Assembly (NCBI GenBank): GCA_031370005.1
Contig: JANMPT010000110.1
Location: 64,001 to 128,000 of the forward strand
Direction: 5' to 3'
DNA length: 64,000 nucleotides
Source: Bdellovibrionales bacterium
GTDB lineage: Bacteria > Bdellovibrionota > Bdellovibrionia > Bdellovibrionales > Bdellovibrionaceae
Numbering within the stretch: the first letter of the stretch is position 1; each line of letters opens with the position of its first letter. The notes under the pieces are model-generated. The model worked only from the letters and a program-made list of their open reading frames with translations. It ran no database searches and had not been told where the DNA came from. Both the position numbers and the translations under genes were made by a program. This document shows, one piece after another, positions 1 to 10,346 of the stretch.

Positions 1-1767
1 CACCCGGCTCAAGGTCGAATTCTGTATGTCACCTTCAAAACCATAAAGCCATTGATCATTTATTAAAGCTGGGCTATTAGCCGCTGGAAGGGGCCCCAGT
101 ATAGATCCCTGAACGCTGATTCGATTAAAGTCAGAAGAGCCAAGGTTGGGATCAATGGGTGTTTGGAAGGACTGGCCAGTTTCCATATTATATAAAAGGG
201 TACTTTTTGTACTGCTATGCCACCCAGCTACGCCGGAAGCAGAATCAATGACTGGCAGGTAGTCACCAAACATAAACCATTTTTTATTTTGAGACGACCA
301 GGCAATATATTTATTCATAGCAATACGCTGGATGCTACCGTCTTTTAGTGAAATCAAAATTAGGTTTTTATCAATGCGTCCATTACACAGCATTCCTGTT
401 AACAGGCTTTGCTCGCTCTTGACTGGAGTAAAAAGAAAAAGATCAAGCGAACAGCCTTCTGGTAGATGAACGTTTAGATTACCGGTTGCTTGTGTCGCTA
501 TGTCATAAATTTGCAGGTTGTTAGCTTGGATGGATTTTTGAAAAACTATAATCACCTTGTTCGATTGTGTTAAGGTTATAAAAGCAACACCTTCATTAAC
601 ATCAACAAAATTGTTCATAGCGTTTGTTTGCAAATTTAGGTCATGTAAAACAGTTGTGAACGGGTAAAAAGGAATAGATTCAGAATAGATCAGGTGTTGA
701 TTTTCCGTTACCTCTGGCGGGATCATTAGGTATGTCGGAATGGTTGGTCCACTTTGCAGGTTTGTTAAGCGGGTAACATGTTCGTTTCTGAAATCATAAA
801 CGTACCATGAGTCAATAATTTCTGAAAACGAACGAGCTTGGAATACGAAAATATTTTTATCAGTCATCCGATATTGAACACTGGATGAATAGTTGTCACC
901 TAATATTTTTTTTGTGAAATCAATGATAGAATTATCAAAGCCGATTTTGTATATATGACTGACGAATTTAGAGATTTGAAAAGAAAATATTACTTCTCCA
1001 AGCCCCACGAAGTTAAAACGCCATGTTGATAAATCAGTAAGCTGGCGCAAAGGCCAATTTGAAGTATCAAGAGATCCCCCAATGACACAAGTAAGATTTT
1101 GATTTTTAATTTGCTTTAAAGTTGTTGAGTAAATATGCCCTGCATATTTTTTTTGTGGCTGAGAGGGCTTTGAAAAGTTAACTTTGAAGCTGATTCGATC
1201 AGAGACATAGCTTACTTCCTGCGAAGATAAAATCCGGCTGATTGGAAAATCCGGCTCAAGGGCGTCAGGAAAGTAAATTCGTGTCAATGTTTGATTCGTT
1301 TCTCGATCAAAGTGCGTAACAATCTCGAAAGTCGGATTTGCAAAATCATCTCGGCATAAAACTTCAGCTAAATTGTTGGGTATCCCTTGTGGTTTTTCGT
1401 CATAGCGTTTGAATAGTTGATCACGAACAGAAATAAACTCATTTTGGAAAGGTGAAAAATCAATATCGAAAATTGCTATAGGAGCGCCGGAGGTTGAACA
1501 TTGATTACCTTTGTTGTCGTATAGATAGGCTTGTCCATCTTTTATTTCAGTGATTCCTTCGGGCGAAGAATGGCCTGAACAAGTATAATTTGGAATGAAG
1601 TGGTAGTAGGCGCCATCAGGTTTCCCTTCATATCCTCCGCCATTTCCCGAGCTTTTCATTGCAGTTTGGAATGGGAATTTTAATGACGATTGCAAACTAC
1701 AATTCACATACCCGAAAAGAATAAATGTCAGAAGAAAAATCTGCTGAAATTGCTTCTGTATTTTCAT
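1..1767 (-). CDS. Large secreted/lipoprotein-like hypothetical protein, 3' end runs off the window (not in ORF track)
   Basis: ATG at 1767. I translate MKIQKQFQQIFLLTFILFGYVNCS...GNGGGYEGKPDG, a signal peptide followed by Cys. The frame was checked open near both ends only. Confidence 0.75.
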   Translation of the reverse strand, partial: MKIQKQFQQIFLLTFILFGYVNCSLQSSLKFPFQTAMKSSGNGGGYEGKPDGAYYHFIPNYTCSGHSSPEGITEIKDGQAYLYDNKGNQCSTSGAPIAIFDIDFSPFQNEFISVRDQLFKRYDEKPQGIPNNLAEVLCRDDFANPTFEIVTHFDRETNQTLTRIYFPDALEPDFPISRILSSQEVSYVSDRISFKVNFSKPSQPQKKYAGHIYSTTLKQIKNQNLTCVIGGSLDTSNWPLRQLTDLSTWRFNFVGLGEVIFSFQISKFVSHIYKIGFDNSIIDFTKKILGDNYSSSVQYRMTDKNIFVFQARSFSEIIDSWYVYDFRNEHVTRLTNLQSGPTIPTYLMIPPEVTENQHLIYSESIPFYPFTTVLHDLNLQTNAMNNFVDVNEGVAFITLTQSNKVIIVFQKSIQANNLQIYDIATQATGNLNVHLPEGCSLDLFLFTPVKSEQSLLTGMLCNGRIDKNLILISLKDGSIQRIAMNKYIAWSSQNKKWFMFGDYLPVIDSASGVAGWHSSTKSTLLYNMETGQSFQTPIDPNLGSSDFNRISVQGSILGPLPAANSPALINDQWLYGFEGDIQNSTLSRV

Positions 1768-1801
1768 GAAATGACCCCGTCTTTTGATCATACCAGGAAA
1801 G

Positions 1802-1830
1802 TTATCGGTCGAAGCGGGTTTTTACTTTGA
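1802..1830 (-). promoter_or_regulatory. Putative sigma-28 (FliA) promoter
   Basis: Minus strand AAAG-N15-ACCGATAA, about 35 nt upstream of the 1767 ATG. Confidence 0.55.
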
Positions 1831-2004
1831 TTTACATTTTGTTCCCATCCCATATTGAGAATCAAGTTGTGTCTCAATATGGGTTATTTTATCTATGACG
1901 TTGAAATGATTGTTTTATTTTAAGCTTGCCGGAAAACTATGTAATTTCTCTTTTATGTTGTGTTCTCTTATTCTGAGTGAAGAAAAACTATAGAGGAGAA
2001 ATTA

Positions 2005-2718
2005 ATGGAAATCTCAAAAGATCAGTCGAAAGACCAAAAGACGTCCAGTCCTTCACTGCAGCCGAAAGCAAAAGGTGCTGATGCTTATCGTGATCCTTCT
2101 TGGTGGTACGATATCAGAGGTTTTTTTATCCTGATAGGCACCTATCAGGTGATGATATGGACGCACCTCATATTTTTTTCAAAAAATTTAGGGAAGCGAC
2201 ATCTCGAGGCAGCGATTGGCTCCGGGACATTTTTATCATTAACTTTAATAACTCAAAGACTTAAGGGCGGGGAAATGCCTGAAGAAATTATCGGAATAGA
2301 TTTTGCTGAGCGCATGCTTGCAGGTGCAAAAAAACTTTTTCGTTTCAAAAAAAAGATAAAACTTATTCAAGCCGACCTGTCGCAAATACAGTACCCTGAT
2401 TCTTATTTTGACTCAGTAAACATAGCACATTCATTTCATGCATTTCCCAACCCAGATAAAATTCTTATCGAACTGCATCGGGTTATGAAACCTGAAGCAA
2501 AACTTTATGTTGATGTTCTAGTCCACCCGCGAGGAGGTGCTCTGAGAAGAAACATTGCAAATCGATTTAATAAATTTTGCTATCGGAAAGGTATCCTGGC
2601 CCGAGTCTGCGATGCGGACGAAACAAAGGCACAATTCGAGGCAAGCCACTTTGATATCGTAGAAAGTTATATAAATGGCAATACTCTTCACTTGATTGCG
2701 CGTAAGTCAAACGCTTAG
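2005..2718 (+). CDS. Class I SAM-dependent methyltransferase
   Basis: LEAAIGSG motif I variant, IGIDFAERML, ADLSQIQYPDSYFD, LHRVMKP; GAGGAG RBS. Confidence 0.85.
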   Translation: MEISKDQSKDQKTSSPSLQPKAKGADAYRDPSWWYDIRGFFILIGTYQVMIWTHLIFFSKNLGKRHLEAAIGSGTFLSLTLITQRLKGGEMPEEIIGIDFAERMLAGAKKLFRFKKKIKLIQADLSQIQYPDSYFDSVNIAHSFHAFPNPDKILIELHRVMKPEAKLYVDVLVHPRGGALRRNIANRFNKFCYRKGILARVCDADETKAQFEASHFDIVESYINGNTLHLIARKSNA

Positions 2719-2755
2719 GCAAGAACCCCCGCTGCGGGTTCCCCTTAGTGGCGGG

Positions 2756-3214
2756 CTAGTTCAATTTATACTTCCGGATAAAGTTTTCGACGTAGTCTTG
2801 ATCAAGGTTTAGTTGGTAGAGATTGACTTGGATGATCTTTTTTTCAGGATTCGTGAGCGGAAGATTCTCGCGATGTGAAGTCCAGCCCCACCCCCAGTGG
2901 AGGCGATTCTGAATCGGAGATTTGTGGCCTTCGCGGACGCCTGTATAAATTAAATTGGCCCAAAAGCTTCCCGCCACGTCCTGCACACATTGTTTTAGGT
3001 AAGTGTCGGCGATATCACGGTCATCCAAAGCCCCACCAAACCAATATCTTAAATCATGTTCAAAACAACAATGTTTCCAAAGATCCGGTTCTTGTATCGT
3101 ACCGTTAGCAAAAAAAGTGCAGTAGTCCGTTTCGAAATTCTGCAAAGACTCATCCTGAGCCCAAATAGGACCACAGATAAGAATAAGGAGTAGTGATAAC
3201 AAAATAATTCTCAT
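2756..3214 (-). CDS. Secreted protein with phospholipase A2-like CCxxHD motif
   Basis: Signal peptide; DYCT...WKHCCFEHDLRYWFGG...ADTYLKQCV. Confidence 0.6.
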   Translation of the reverse strand: MRIILLSLLLILICGPIWAQDESLQNFETDYCTFFANGTIQEPDLWKHCCFEHDLRYWFGGALDDRDIADTYLKQCVQDVAGSFWANLIYTGVREGHKSPIQNRLHWGWGWTSHRENLPLTNPEKKIIQVNLYQLNLDQDYVENFIRKYKLN

Positions 3215-3355
3215 GGGTAATTCTATGATGAATTCATTATAGAATCAAATCAGCAACCCAGTGCTCCAAAGTACAGGGGAGCCAGACTTTAGATCGTAAT
3301 TTTTTGGATCTACACTCAAACCGCTCCGGCACCTGGACTTTGACAAAGATGGAGT

Positions 3356-3382
3356 TAATTTTCCCTGACTAAGTTCCGATGA
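3356..3382 (+). promoter_or_regulatory. Putative sigma-28 (FliA) promoter
   Basis: TAAT-N15-TCCGATGA upstream of the SGNH hydrolase. Confidence 0.45.
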
Positions 3383-3411
3383 GTACTGAGGAATTACATA
3401 AGGGGGAAAAT

Positions 3412-4269
3412 GTGCGATCACTTTTATTTTCACTTTTTGTCTTCATGACTTTGCCAGCGATAGCCTCAGAGAAAATGCTTCTGGTCGGGGATAGCTGGGC
3501 AGTTTTGATGTGTTTAGATGCTTCATTTAACCACGCATTTCAAAAACAGCATGTTGATGCTCGGGTTGATGCATCCTGTTTGCTAACTGCTGAGATTGGA
3601 ATGCGAGCCGAAAGATGGATGGGGTCTTCATTACAAAAAAGAACAGATAAGATCATGAAAAAGTATAGAGACGTTGGAGTGGTTTATTTAAGTCTTGGCG
3701 GAAATGATTTTATCAATCATTGGAATAAAAACCTCACGTCTGCAGAGGAAGATGTCGAGTTCCAGAAGATAAAACAATCTGTTAAATCGGTGATCGACCA
3801 TATTCATTCGATTTTGCCTCAGGCTAAAATACTTCTATCGGGTTATGACTTTGGAAGATTTGTTGATCACCATCCCATCAAGGCCTATCAAAAAGCCTTT
3901 GAAGGAATGGGAAAACCAGCTCCTCAAGAAATTCATACAGCGATTCTTAGACTTTCCAAAGTTTTAAACGAACTCCGTGACGATCAATCTATTTTCTATA
4001 TCCAACACTACGGTCTAGGACATTTTTATGTCGGCAATAAAGAGGGCGGGCTTCAGCCTGGGGTCACGCTAAATCCTGATGAAATTTCAAATCCAAGGAA
4101 TCCAAATCAATCGGGTGGCGATCCGAACTTGCTGCAGCCACCGTCAGTGATGCTTCATATTGGAAGATTTTTGGTGGACGCTTTTCATCTTTCTGCCAAA
4201 AGTTTTGATAGAGTGGCAGAGCACAGTGTGAGTTTGTATCTAAAATACTGGTTTCAGCCAAAGCAATAA
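3412..4269 (+). CDS. Secreted SGNH/GDSL hydrolase
   Basis: LVGDSW, LGGND and DAFH blocks. Start moved from 3379 to GTG 3412, which follows a GGGGG RBS and begins a signal peptide. Confidence 0.85.
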   Translation: MRSLLFSLFVFMTLPAIASEKMLLVGDSWAVLMCLDASFNHAFQKQHVDARVDASCLLTAEIGMRAERWMGSSLQKRTDKIMKKYRDVGVVYLSLGGNDFINHWNKNLTSAEEDVEFQKIKQSVKSVIDHIHSILPQAKILLSGYDFGRFVDHHPIKAYQKAFEGMGKPAPQEIHTAILRLSKVLNELRDDQSIFYIQHYGLGHFYVGNKEGGLQPGVTLNPDEISNPRNPNQSGGDPNLLQPPSVMLHIGRFLVDAFHLSAKSFDRVAEHSVSLYLKYWFQPKQ

Positions 4270-4271
4270 AA

Positions 4272-5345
4272 TTACTTTATGCCAGAGGCTCTCAGCTCAG
4301 TACCACTTGTTAGTGCTGCGACCAGTGAAGATGCATCCGCAAAAAGCGTGATTGCATTGGAGGTTGCATTGAATAAATATATTTTGCGATCATCAGCAAT
4401 GAAAACGATATCGTCACGTCCGGTGAGCTGATGGGCCCCCTGAATCACATGAATTGAAGCCTGCTGCGTATCAATTGGGCTTCCAACAGGGGAGCAGTCT
4501 GTTAATGTTCCAGCTGTACTGCACTTTAAAACGCGATTGTCCGAGGTGCTTCCACCAACATAAGGAAAGGCATAGATATTTCCATTTGTGTGCACAGCAA
4601 CAGAATAAAACATGGAGCTAAGCTTTGTCGGTAAAGAAGTATTAGTGACAAAGCGACCGGTTTCGCTCCAGGAGGTGCCGTTGAACTCAGACATTACAAC
4701 GTCGCCATTTGTATCGGTACCGCCATCGTAATCAACCCAGACCACTTTAGTATTTGAGATCGCCTTGCAGTCACTAAAACTCCATACTTGTGTTGAATTA
4801 AAGGCGCGAAGGAAAGTTCCTGTAGAAGAAAACTCAGCAGCTTTTTTTCCGGACCATTGATCGGCTCCTATAATTATATTTCCATTTGGTAAATGGCAAA
4901 CACCGTACACCCCTGTCATGCCATGACCGGAGCCTAAAGCAAAAGACCCACTGCCACTTGCCGCAAGAGTGTCCGTCAAGATACCAACTCCTAAATAATT
5001 AAAATGTGTTACATAGATATCTCCAGTAGGTCCAATACTCAGGCCGCGATTATTGGCATTTACAAAAGAGCTGCCAAGTACCGTGTTGATGCTAGCTGAA
5101 ATTGATTGAGAGACAGTGTTAGAGTTGAAATCGAGAGTGAGCTTATAGATACCTACAGATTCGTGGGTAACAAAAAAGCTGTAACTCGTTTGTGTGGTGC
5201 TTGGCGTGGGAGTCGGGGTCGGCGTCGGAGTGGCCGTGACAGCGCTGGCCGGACTCGACGACTTACTGCTGCTGCATCCACTGATGAAAGCGAATGAGAT
5301 TGTTAGAAGTAAGAGGGTGGATTTAAAATGATTAATTTTTCTCAT
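4272..5345 (-). CDS. Lipoprotein with Pro-Thr linker and probable beta-propeller
   Basis: Lipobox ISGC; TPTPTPTPTP linker; repeated GPTGDIYV / LPNGNIII / HTNGNIYA blade-like segments. Confidence 0.75.
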   Translation of the reverse strand: MRKINHFKSTLLLLTISFAFISGCSSSKSSSPASAVTATPTPTPTPTPSTTQTSYSFFVTHESVGIYKLTLDFNSNTVSQSISASINTVLGSSFVNANNRGLSIGPTGDIYVTHFNYLGVGILTDTLAASGSGSFALGSGHGMTGVYGVCHLPNGNIIIGADQWSGKKAAEFSSTGTFLRAFNSTQVWSFSDCKAISNTKVVWVDYDGGTDTNGDVVMSEFNGTSWSETGRFVTNTSLPTKLSSMFYSVAVHTNGNIYAFPYVGGSTSDNRVLKCSTAGTLTDCSPVGSPIDTQQASIHVIQGAHQLTGRDDIVFIADDRKIYLFNATSNAITLFADASSLVAALTSGTELRASGIK

Positions 5346-5352
5346 ACATTAC

Positions 5353-5380
5353 TCATCGGTCCGAAATCAAAAAATCTTGA
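5353..5380 (-). promoter_or_regulatory. Putative sigma-28 (FliA) promoter
   Basis: Minus strand CAAG-N15-ACCGATGA directly upstream of the lipoprotein start. Confidence 0.55.
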
Positions 5381-5439
5381 CATTTTTTTGACGTTGGTCC
5401 TGGATGCTTCATATCTATCTGATAATAGGAGGGAAAATT

Positions 5440-5913
5440 GGATATTAATATCCAGAAAAAATATTTAAAGCGCATTCGCTCGCTTTAAAAACAATGAGTC
5501 CAATAGGGGGCTTGGTCTATTCACATACAATGACTTCAATATTCGCAAAGAATCTGTACGTGCCGATGGCGGGAGACTCAGTATCAAAGCGGATATCACA
5601 AATACTAGATATGAACTAAAAATTTTGGGATTATGGACACAGGGACCTGCATATGTGGAAGAGGCCCATCGGAGTATTGATTTTCATTTGGATGAACTGC
5701 GAGATGGAAATGTCATTCTGGCTGGACCTTAATAGCAACAAAATCTGGGATGATAAGCGCACGCTAAACCACACGAGCCTCGTCGCAAAGCTAAAAAACA
5801 AACTTGACCTAACCAGCGCATATCATAATTATTTTAACGAACCCCAAGGAAGTGAGAGTAAAGATTGGATCTCGATCTTTAACATCCCGAATCAGCTGGC
5901 TCGCAGTCTATAA
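5440..5913 (+). pseudogene. Fragmented endonuclease/exonuclease/phosphatase-family gene
   Basis: DLNSNKIWD...NHTSLVAKL...LTSAYHNYF resembles EEP-family C-terminal motifs; upstream part is broken by frameshifts and stops; boundaries approximate. Confidence 0.5.
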
Positions 5914-6046
5914 AATTGGCTTTAGCCATTGATTTTATTGAACTACAATTCGGAAGAATTGGTTGCGGAGACCGATTTTGTATAAACTATTGAAACTATT
6001 AACATAAATTTACATTAATAGCATAGCGGAGCACAACTTAAGTCTT

Positions 6047-6132
6047 TATTAGTATGCTACAATATACTAATATACCATTTTATACTATAGTTTGCTATAC
6101 TAAATACTGTTATTTTGATATACTATAGTATA
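6047..6132 (+). promoter_or_regulatory. Palindromic operator cluster upstream of the HTH-Fic pair
   Basis: TATTAGTAT-N8-ATACTAATA (6047-6072), TATACTATAGT (6081-6091), and perfect 14-bp palindrome TATACTATAGTATA (6119-6132). Confidence 0.55.
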
Positions 6133-6142
6133 AGGAATTAAT

Positions 6143-6616
6143 ATGAATAAAAGCAGAAAACTATCTAAACCAAAAAGAAGAATACTAGATCAAAAGCTTT
6201 CGCAGTATTCAAAAATCAATTTCGCAGTTCCTAAAAATGGTTGGATCAAAGCTGTCCGAGAAGCCTTGGGAATGACAACCCTACAGCTGGGTGAACGAAT
6301 GAAGATCGCCGCTTCTAACATCACTCTACTTGAAAATAGAGAAATCAACAAAACTACAATGCTTGAAACAATGGATCGCGCGGCTAAAGCAATGGGTTGT
6401 AAGTTTGTCTACGCATTAGTTCCAGATACTTCTCTAGAAGAAGTCGTGAAAACTCAAGCTAAAAAATCTGCGAAGGCATTTATTCAAGAAATTCATCATC
6501 ATATGAAGCTTGAAAAGCAAAAAGTAAATTCAGAAATTGAAAAAGAACAAATCGACGAGCTGGCAGAAGAAATACTAAATAAAATGGATTCACGACTATG
6601 GCGAAAAGAAAATTAG
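6143..6616 (+). CDS. Mobile mystery protein A (XRE-type HTH)
   Basis: PKNGWIKAVREALGMT...AAKAMGCKFVYALVP...HHMKLE, paired with the downstream Fic gene. Confidence 0.85.
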   Translation: MNKSRKLSKPKRRILDQKLSQYSKINFAVPKNGWIKAVREALGMTTLQLGERMKIAASNITLLENREINKTTMLETMDRAAKAMGCKFVYALVPDTSLEEVVKTQAKKSAKAFIQEIHHHMKLEKQKVNSEIEKEQIDELAEEILNKMDSRLWRKEN

Positions 6617-7215
6617 AACCTCATTTAGAAATGCCAGAAGGATCCACACCTCTTGACCCTGATGAAATTCAAGGGCTGCTCATGGATACAATTACTACTC
6701 AAGCAGAGCTTAATTTCGCTGAACAGCAAAGTATTATTGAATCTTCCAAATGGATTTTTCAAACAAATCATAAAAATATTTTAACCGATCAGTTTTTTAA
6801 GAATCTGCATAAGAAAATGTTTCAATCCGTATGGAATTGGGCTGGTAAGTATCGAACGACGAACAAGAATATTGGCGTGGAGCCTTATAAAATACCGATT
6901 GAAATCAAAAAATTATGCAATGATTGTGATTATTGGATTAAAAATAACACTTATGATTGGAATGAAATCGCAGCACGATTCCATCATAAAGTGGTCTGGA
7001 TTCATCCGTTCGCAAATGGCAATGGCCGTTTTTCGCGGATACTAACGGACATTTTGTTAAAAAAATATCAACAGCCACCCTTAACTTGGGGCCGAAATAC
7101 ATACCCAAAAGATGATTTTACTGACGAATCAAATCTTCGCACCGAATATATTTTAAGTCTTCGTGAGGCAGATAATAAAAAAATTCAGAGACTCATTCAT
7201 TTCGTTAGGAGTTAA
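6598..7215 (+). CDS. Mobile mystery protein B (Fic family)
   Basis: Fic motif HPFANGNGRFSR; N-terminal GSTPLDPDE; WAGKYR. Confidence 0.9.
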   Translation: MAKRKLEPHLEMPEGSTPLDPDEIQGLLMDTITTQAELNFAEQQSIIESSKWIFQTNHKNILTDQFFKNLHKKMFQSVWNWAGKYRTTNKNIGVEPYKIPIEIKKLCNDCDYWIKNNTYDWNEIAARFHHKVVWIHPFANGNGRFSRILTDILLKKYQQPPLTWGRNTYPKDDFTDESNLRTEYILSLREADNKKIQRLIHFVRS

Positions 7216-7446
7216 AATTACATACGAAGACGAGTTAGATTACTTCGTGCGCAGTGAGATCGATCAGTACCCAAGATGAACGGAACAGGAAGAACCGTAG
7301 AACCTGAGTGAAGAGAACCTTGTAAGCGTTACCCTTCTAGCTGGATGAAAAATAAAACTTGGAACGAGTTTTTGGGGTGAGTTTTTGCAGGTCACCTTCC
7401 ACAAAGGACACCGTGATCTTTGGCCCGCGCGTGAACGAAGGGCATT

Positions 7447-7584
7447 ATGGGCACAAAAATATTTTCAGCATCCCCAAATGCTGCAATCTTAGACTTAGGT
7501 TGCGGAGATGGAATATTAGATATTTGGCTTTCGTTCCCCAAACTTTTCCTCATGCAAGAGTTGACGGGATACTTGAAGCGCTAA
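7447..7584 (+). pseudogene. SAM-dependent methyltransferase fragment
   Basis: Reads PNAAILDLGCGDG (motif I), then frameshifts and stops. Confidence 0.45.
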
Positions 7585-7684
7585 AATATCGATGGAATTC
7601 GACAGTGTAATTTGCCGATCATTTCTTTGCTGTCTGAACTTTGATTTGTATCGAAACGCGTAGAGCTGCAGTCATCTCATGGCT

Positions 7685-8701
7685 TCATTTTTTTTCTTTA
7701 GACGCTGCTGGCTCCGAAAGTCTCTTGCCGAATGAAACGGCATAAGCAGGAGATCTAAATTTCAAAACTGGATCGTCTGAAGCAGTTACTCCATCGGTTA
7801 GGCGCATAGGATCGAAATTAAGTTTCTCACAGGCGCCACCAATTTGAGATTCAACCTTTGTTAATCTTAGAATGCCAAAAATCACTTCCTTACGGGTTGG
7901 TGGCCACTGAAGTGTTGGATCAGTAAGGCTATCGCCCTTCTCAGCGATTGTCACAACCATGGTCCATTCAAGAGGTCCCTTAGAAGCTCGAGATTTAAGT
8001 TCTGCTTCTAAGAAGTCTGGCTTTGCTTTGGATAAATCAGCATCACTAAGAAGAACGATACCGCCTTTTGGCTTAAAACTCCATCTTACAAATTGTTCCC
8101 TATTGGCAGAATCTGTAAACTTAAAAGAATGTAAACTCTGATAAGAGGCACTTGCATAACTTGCGGGCGGATTATTGTTCTTCAGGTATTCAGCAAACGG
8201 TTTAGACTCAGGATGGTGATCGACAAACGCCTTTACCTTTTCTGGATTTGGTTTTCCTGTAGCAGGGTCAGGCGTCGTGGCCTGCAGATTTTCAAGAAAG
8301 CCTTCAGGAGTAGAAACTGAAAAAACCGGCGTATGAAGCATGGTTATATTGTGAACTCTGCCATCGGCGAGTTGGAACTGTAACGCCATCCCACGCGGAT
8401 TTCTTGTTGCATCCGAAATTGTTGGAACTCCTCCTGCCACCGAAAATCGGGCGATGACAGGTATCGATTTTCCGGTAAAAATCGGCGAACGACTCAATTT
8501 CTTGGCTTCAGGCGAGGCCTTGAATTCGCCAAGCGCACAAACGCCCTTGGCATGATTTCGCCTAAATCCGGGGTGAACGCCAAAGTTAGTTTCCATCGTT
8601 TGCACAACGGTAACTGGATTGGCGGGATCCGCATAACCTTCGTTTGCGAAAAATAAAATACAAGGAAGTAGTGCAACGAAACTCAGTCGAATAATCTTCA
8701 T
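7685..8701 (-). CDS. Secreted catalase-related peroxidase (SrpA-like)
   Basis: RRNHAKG, ARFSVAGG, PRGMALQF, DDPVLKFRSPAY; signal peptide. Confidence 0.9.
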   Translation of the reverse strand: MKIIRLSFVALLPCILFFANEGYADPANPVTVVQTMETNFGVHPGFRRNHAKGVCALGEFKASPEAKKLSRSPIFTGKSIPVIARFSVAGGVPTISDATRNPRGMALQFQLADGRVHNITMLHTPVFSVSTPEGFLENLQATTPDPATGKPNPEKVKAFVDHHPESKPFAEYLKNNNPPASYASASYQSLHSFKFTDSANREQFVRWSFKPKGGIVLLSDADLSKAKPDFLEAELKSRASKGPLEWTMVVTIAEKGDSLTDPTLQWPPTRKEVIFGILRLTKVESQIGGACEKLNFDPMRLTDGVTASDDPVLKFRSPAYAVSFGKRLSEPAASKEKK

Positions 8702-8836
8702 AGAGATCCTTAATCCAATAAATGCAATTTTCGAAAATTAGGTTATAGGAAACCGGGAGTCAGGACAATGCCTTTTATACATGAAGACCCTACGAAACCT
8801 AATAGGCCGTATAAATGAACCATTAACTGTTTTTTA

Positions 8837-9007
8837 TCATTCTTTTTTTTCATGTGGCCCGTAGTAGCTTTCTGTGTGGATATTAAGTTTTACCTTGGTC
8901 TTTTTAATTTCAGAAATTTCACTGAAGCCACCTTCGTAGCCATCAACTAGGACGCTGAGGTTGTCTGGGTAGGAATTCAATTTTTCCTTTAATTCTTTGA
9001 TCGTCAT
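8837..9007 (-). CDS. Small hypothetical protein
   Basis: MTIKELKEKLNSYPDNLSVLVDGYEGG after a GAGGA RBS; shorter than the track ORF. Confidence 0.55.
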   Translation of the reverse strand: MTIKELKEKLNSYPDNLSVLVDGYEGGFSEISEIKKTKVKLNIHTESYYGPHEKKE

Positions 9008-9130
9008 GTTGTCCTCTCGCCTGAAAGTGCGCCTGTCTCTTGAAAAAGCCCACTCAGTTTCTTTATGACAGACTCCAAAAGTGCCAAGGCTGATTCGTAT
9101 GTTTTGTTTTCGAGACACGAACCTCACTGG

Positions 9131-9388
9131 CTACTCAACCTTTTTTAGGATTTTTTTCGGCGCTTCATGTTTTAGCTTCCACCACATATATCCGTGAAAG
9201 AAAAATGCCAAGATCCATTTGACCCAAATGGCCGTCGCACCGTGAGCATAGGCATAAATACCGGTTGTGACCGAGGTAAACATTCCCCAACTATGTAGCC
9301 TCACTCGATTCGGCAGAATGATGGAAAAAAGAAAAGTCGCAGTTGAGACCCATCCAATGGCTTCGATGAGGTACGTAATCCAGTCCAT
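9131..9388 (-). CDS. Small membrane protein
   Basis: MDWITYLIEAIGW..., three hydrophobic segments; start reassigned to ATG 9388. Confidence 0.65.
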   Translation of the reverse strand: MDWITYLIEAIGWVSTATFLFSIILPNRVRLHSWGMFTSVTTGIYAYAHGATAIWVKWILAFFFHGYMWWKLKHEAPKKILKKVE

Positions 9389-9603
9389 CACGGGTCCTCG
9401 ACGTATCTGTATTTCCAAAGAAACCGTCCCACAAGGATAAAAAGAACAAGAATTGTGGCGACAAGTCCGAAACCATAACCCTCGCCAGGGTAATTTGCAT
9501 AGTTGAGACCAAAATAGAGCATGAACATTTTGTTGACCAGCATCGGTCCCAGGAAAACTTGAATGAAGTCTTTGAGTACAGATGGTGACGTCGTCTTTTT
9601 CAT
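9388..9603 (-). CDS. Small membrane protein
   Basis: Two hydrophobic segments, GAGGG RBS, TGATG coupling to the next gene. Confidence 0.65.
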   Translation of the reverse strand: MKKTTSPSVLKDFIQVFLGPMLVNKMFMLYFGLNYANYPGEGYGFGLVATILVLFILVGRFLWKYRYVEDP

Positions 9604-10055
9604 AACCCCTCAAAGACGAAACATCTAAGATCAAGACATCTCAGAAAAAAGGCGTAGGTGTGCCTCCTACTCAGCGCCAGTGAGCATGGAACATTTTGCG
9701 CAGCAAATTTTCGATTTTCCGAATCGTGCGCCAATCGTGGTCCCTCAATCTATGGGAAAACCCACGCACCAACGAACCAGGAGCGCGCTTGTTCAAATTT
9801 TCGTTTTTTGATTTTACCTGTGGATTCGATCAGTTACCCAATTTCTTCAGGTGCGAAATTGGTTGCGGGAACCAGATTAACGGAACCAGGAAGCGTTGTC
9901 TAATGAAAAATAGCGTGTGGGGATAATGCTATTGTACGAAGTTGACCCAGATTTATTCTGAGCTGCAGCAATTATTATTGGAACCAGGGCATCCATGCTT
10001 CTAGACAATGAATATATTGGTTTACATACACCTATAATGGTGCTAGTGTACCTAT

Positions 10056-10346
10056 ATGAAGGCTCACCTCAGGTATTTCATCAAGAACAAGATTCATGAC
10101 CGATACGTGGTGGAGCTTTCGATATACGAGGTTGGCAAGTCGTCCAAGTACACAGACGGCATCAAGTACGGGCTGATTTGCAAGGATCTTAAGAACGGTG
10201 ACTACGTCCTTTTGGACAATCACCACCCAAAAGGACCGCATGTGCATATTAATGATCGTGAGTTTCCTTACGAGTATGTTAGCGATGACAAACTAATAGC
10301 AGATTTTGAAATGATGGTCCTCAAGGAATTAGGAGTAAAGCTATGA
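10056..10346 (+). CDS. DUF6516-like putative toxin
   Basis: GIKYGL...LLDNHHPKGPHVH pattern; overlaps the downstream HTH gene. Confidence 0.7.
   Translation: MKAHLRYFIKNKIHDRYVVELSIYEVGKSSKYTDGIKYGLICKDLKNGDYVLLDNHHPKGPHVHINDREFPYEYVSDDKLIADFEMMVLKELGVKL

Noticed and set aside
5200..5240. GGCGTGGGAGTCGGGGTCGGCGTCGGAGT tandem repeats
   Set aside because: Encodes the Pro-Thr linker of the lipoprotein; not CRISPR or a regulatory repeat.
7498..7510. GGTTGCGGAGA resembling the tRNA-fMet att-like copies
   Set aside because: Explained by the LGCGDG codons of a methyltransferase fragment; it also shows such short matches can arise by chance.
9658..9926. Two short plus-strand ORFs
   Set aside because: No RBS or recognisable family. 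The KLVAGTR segment simply reads through the att-like sequence.
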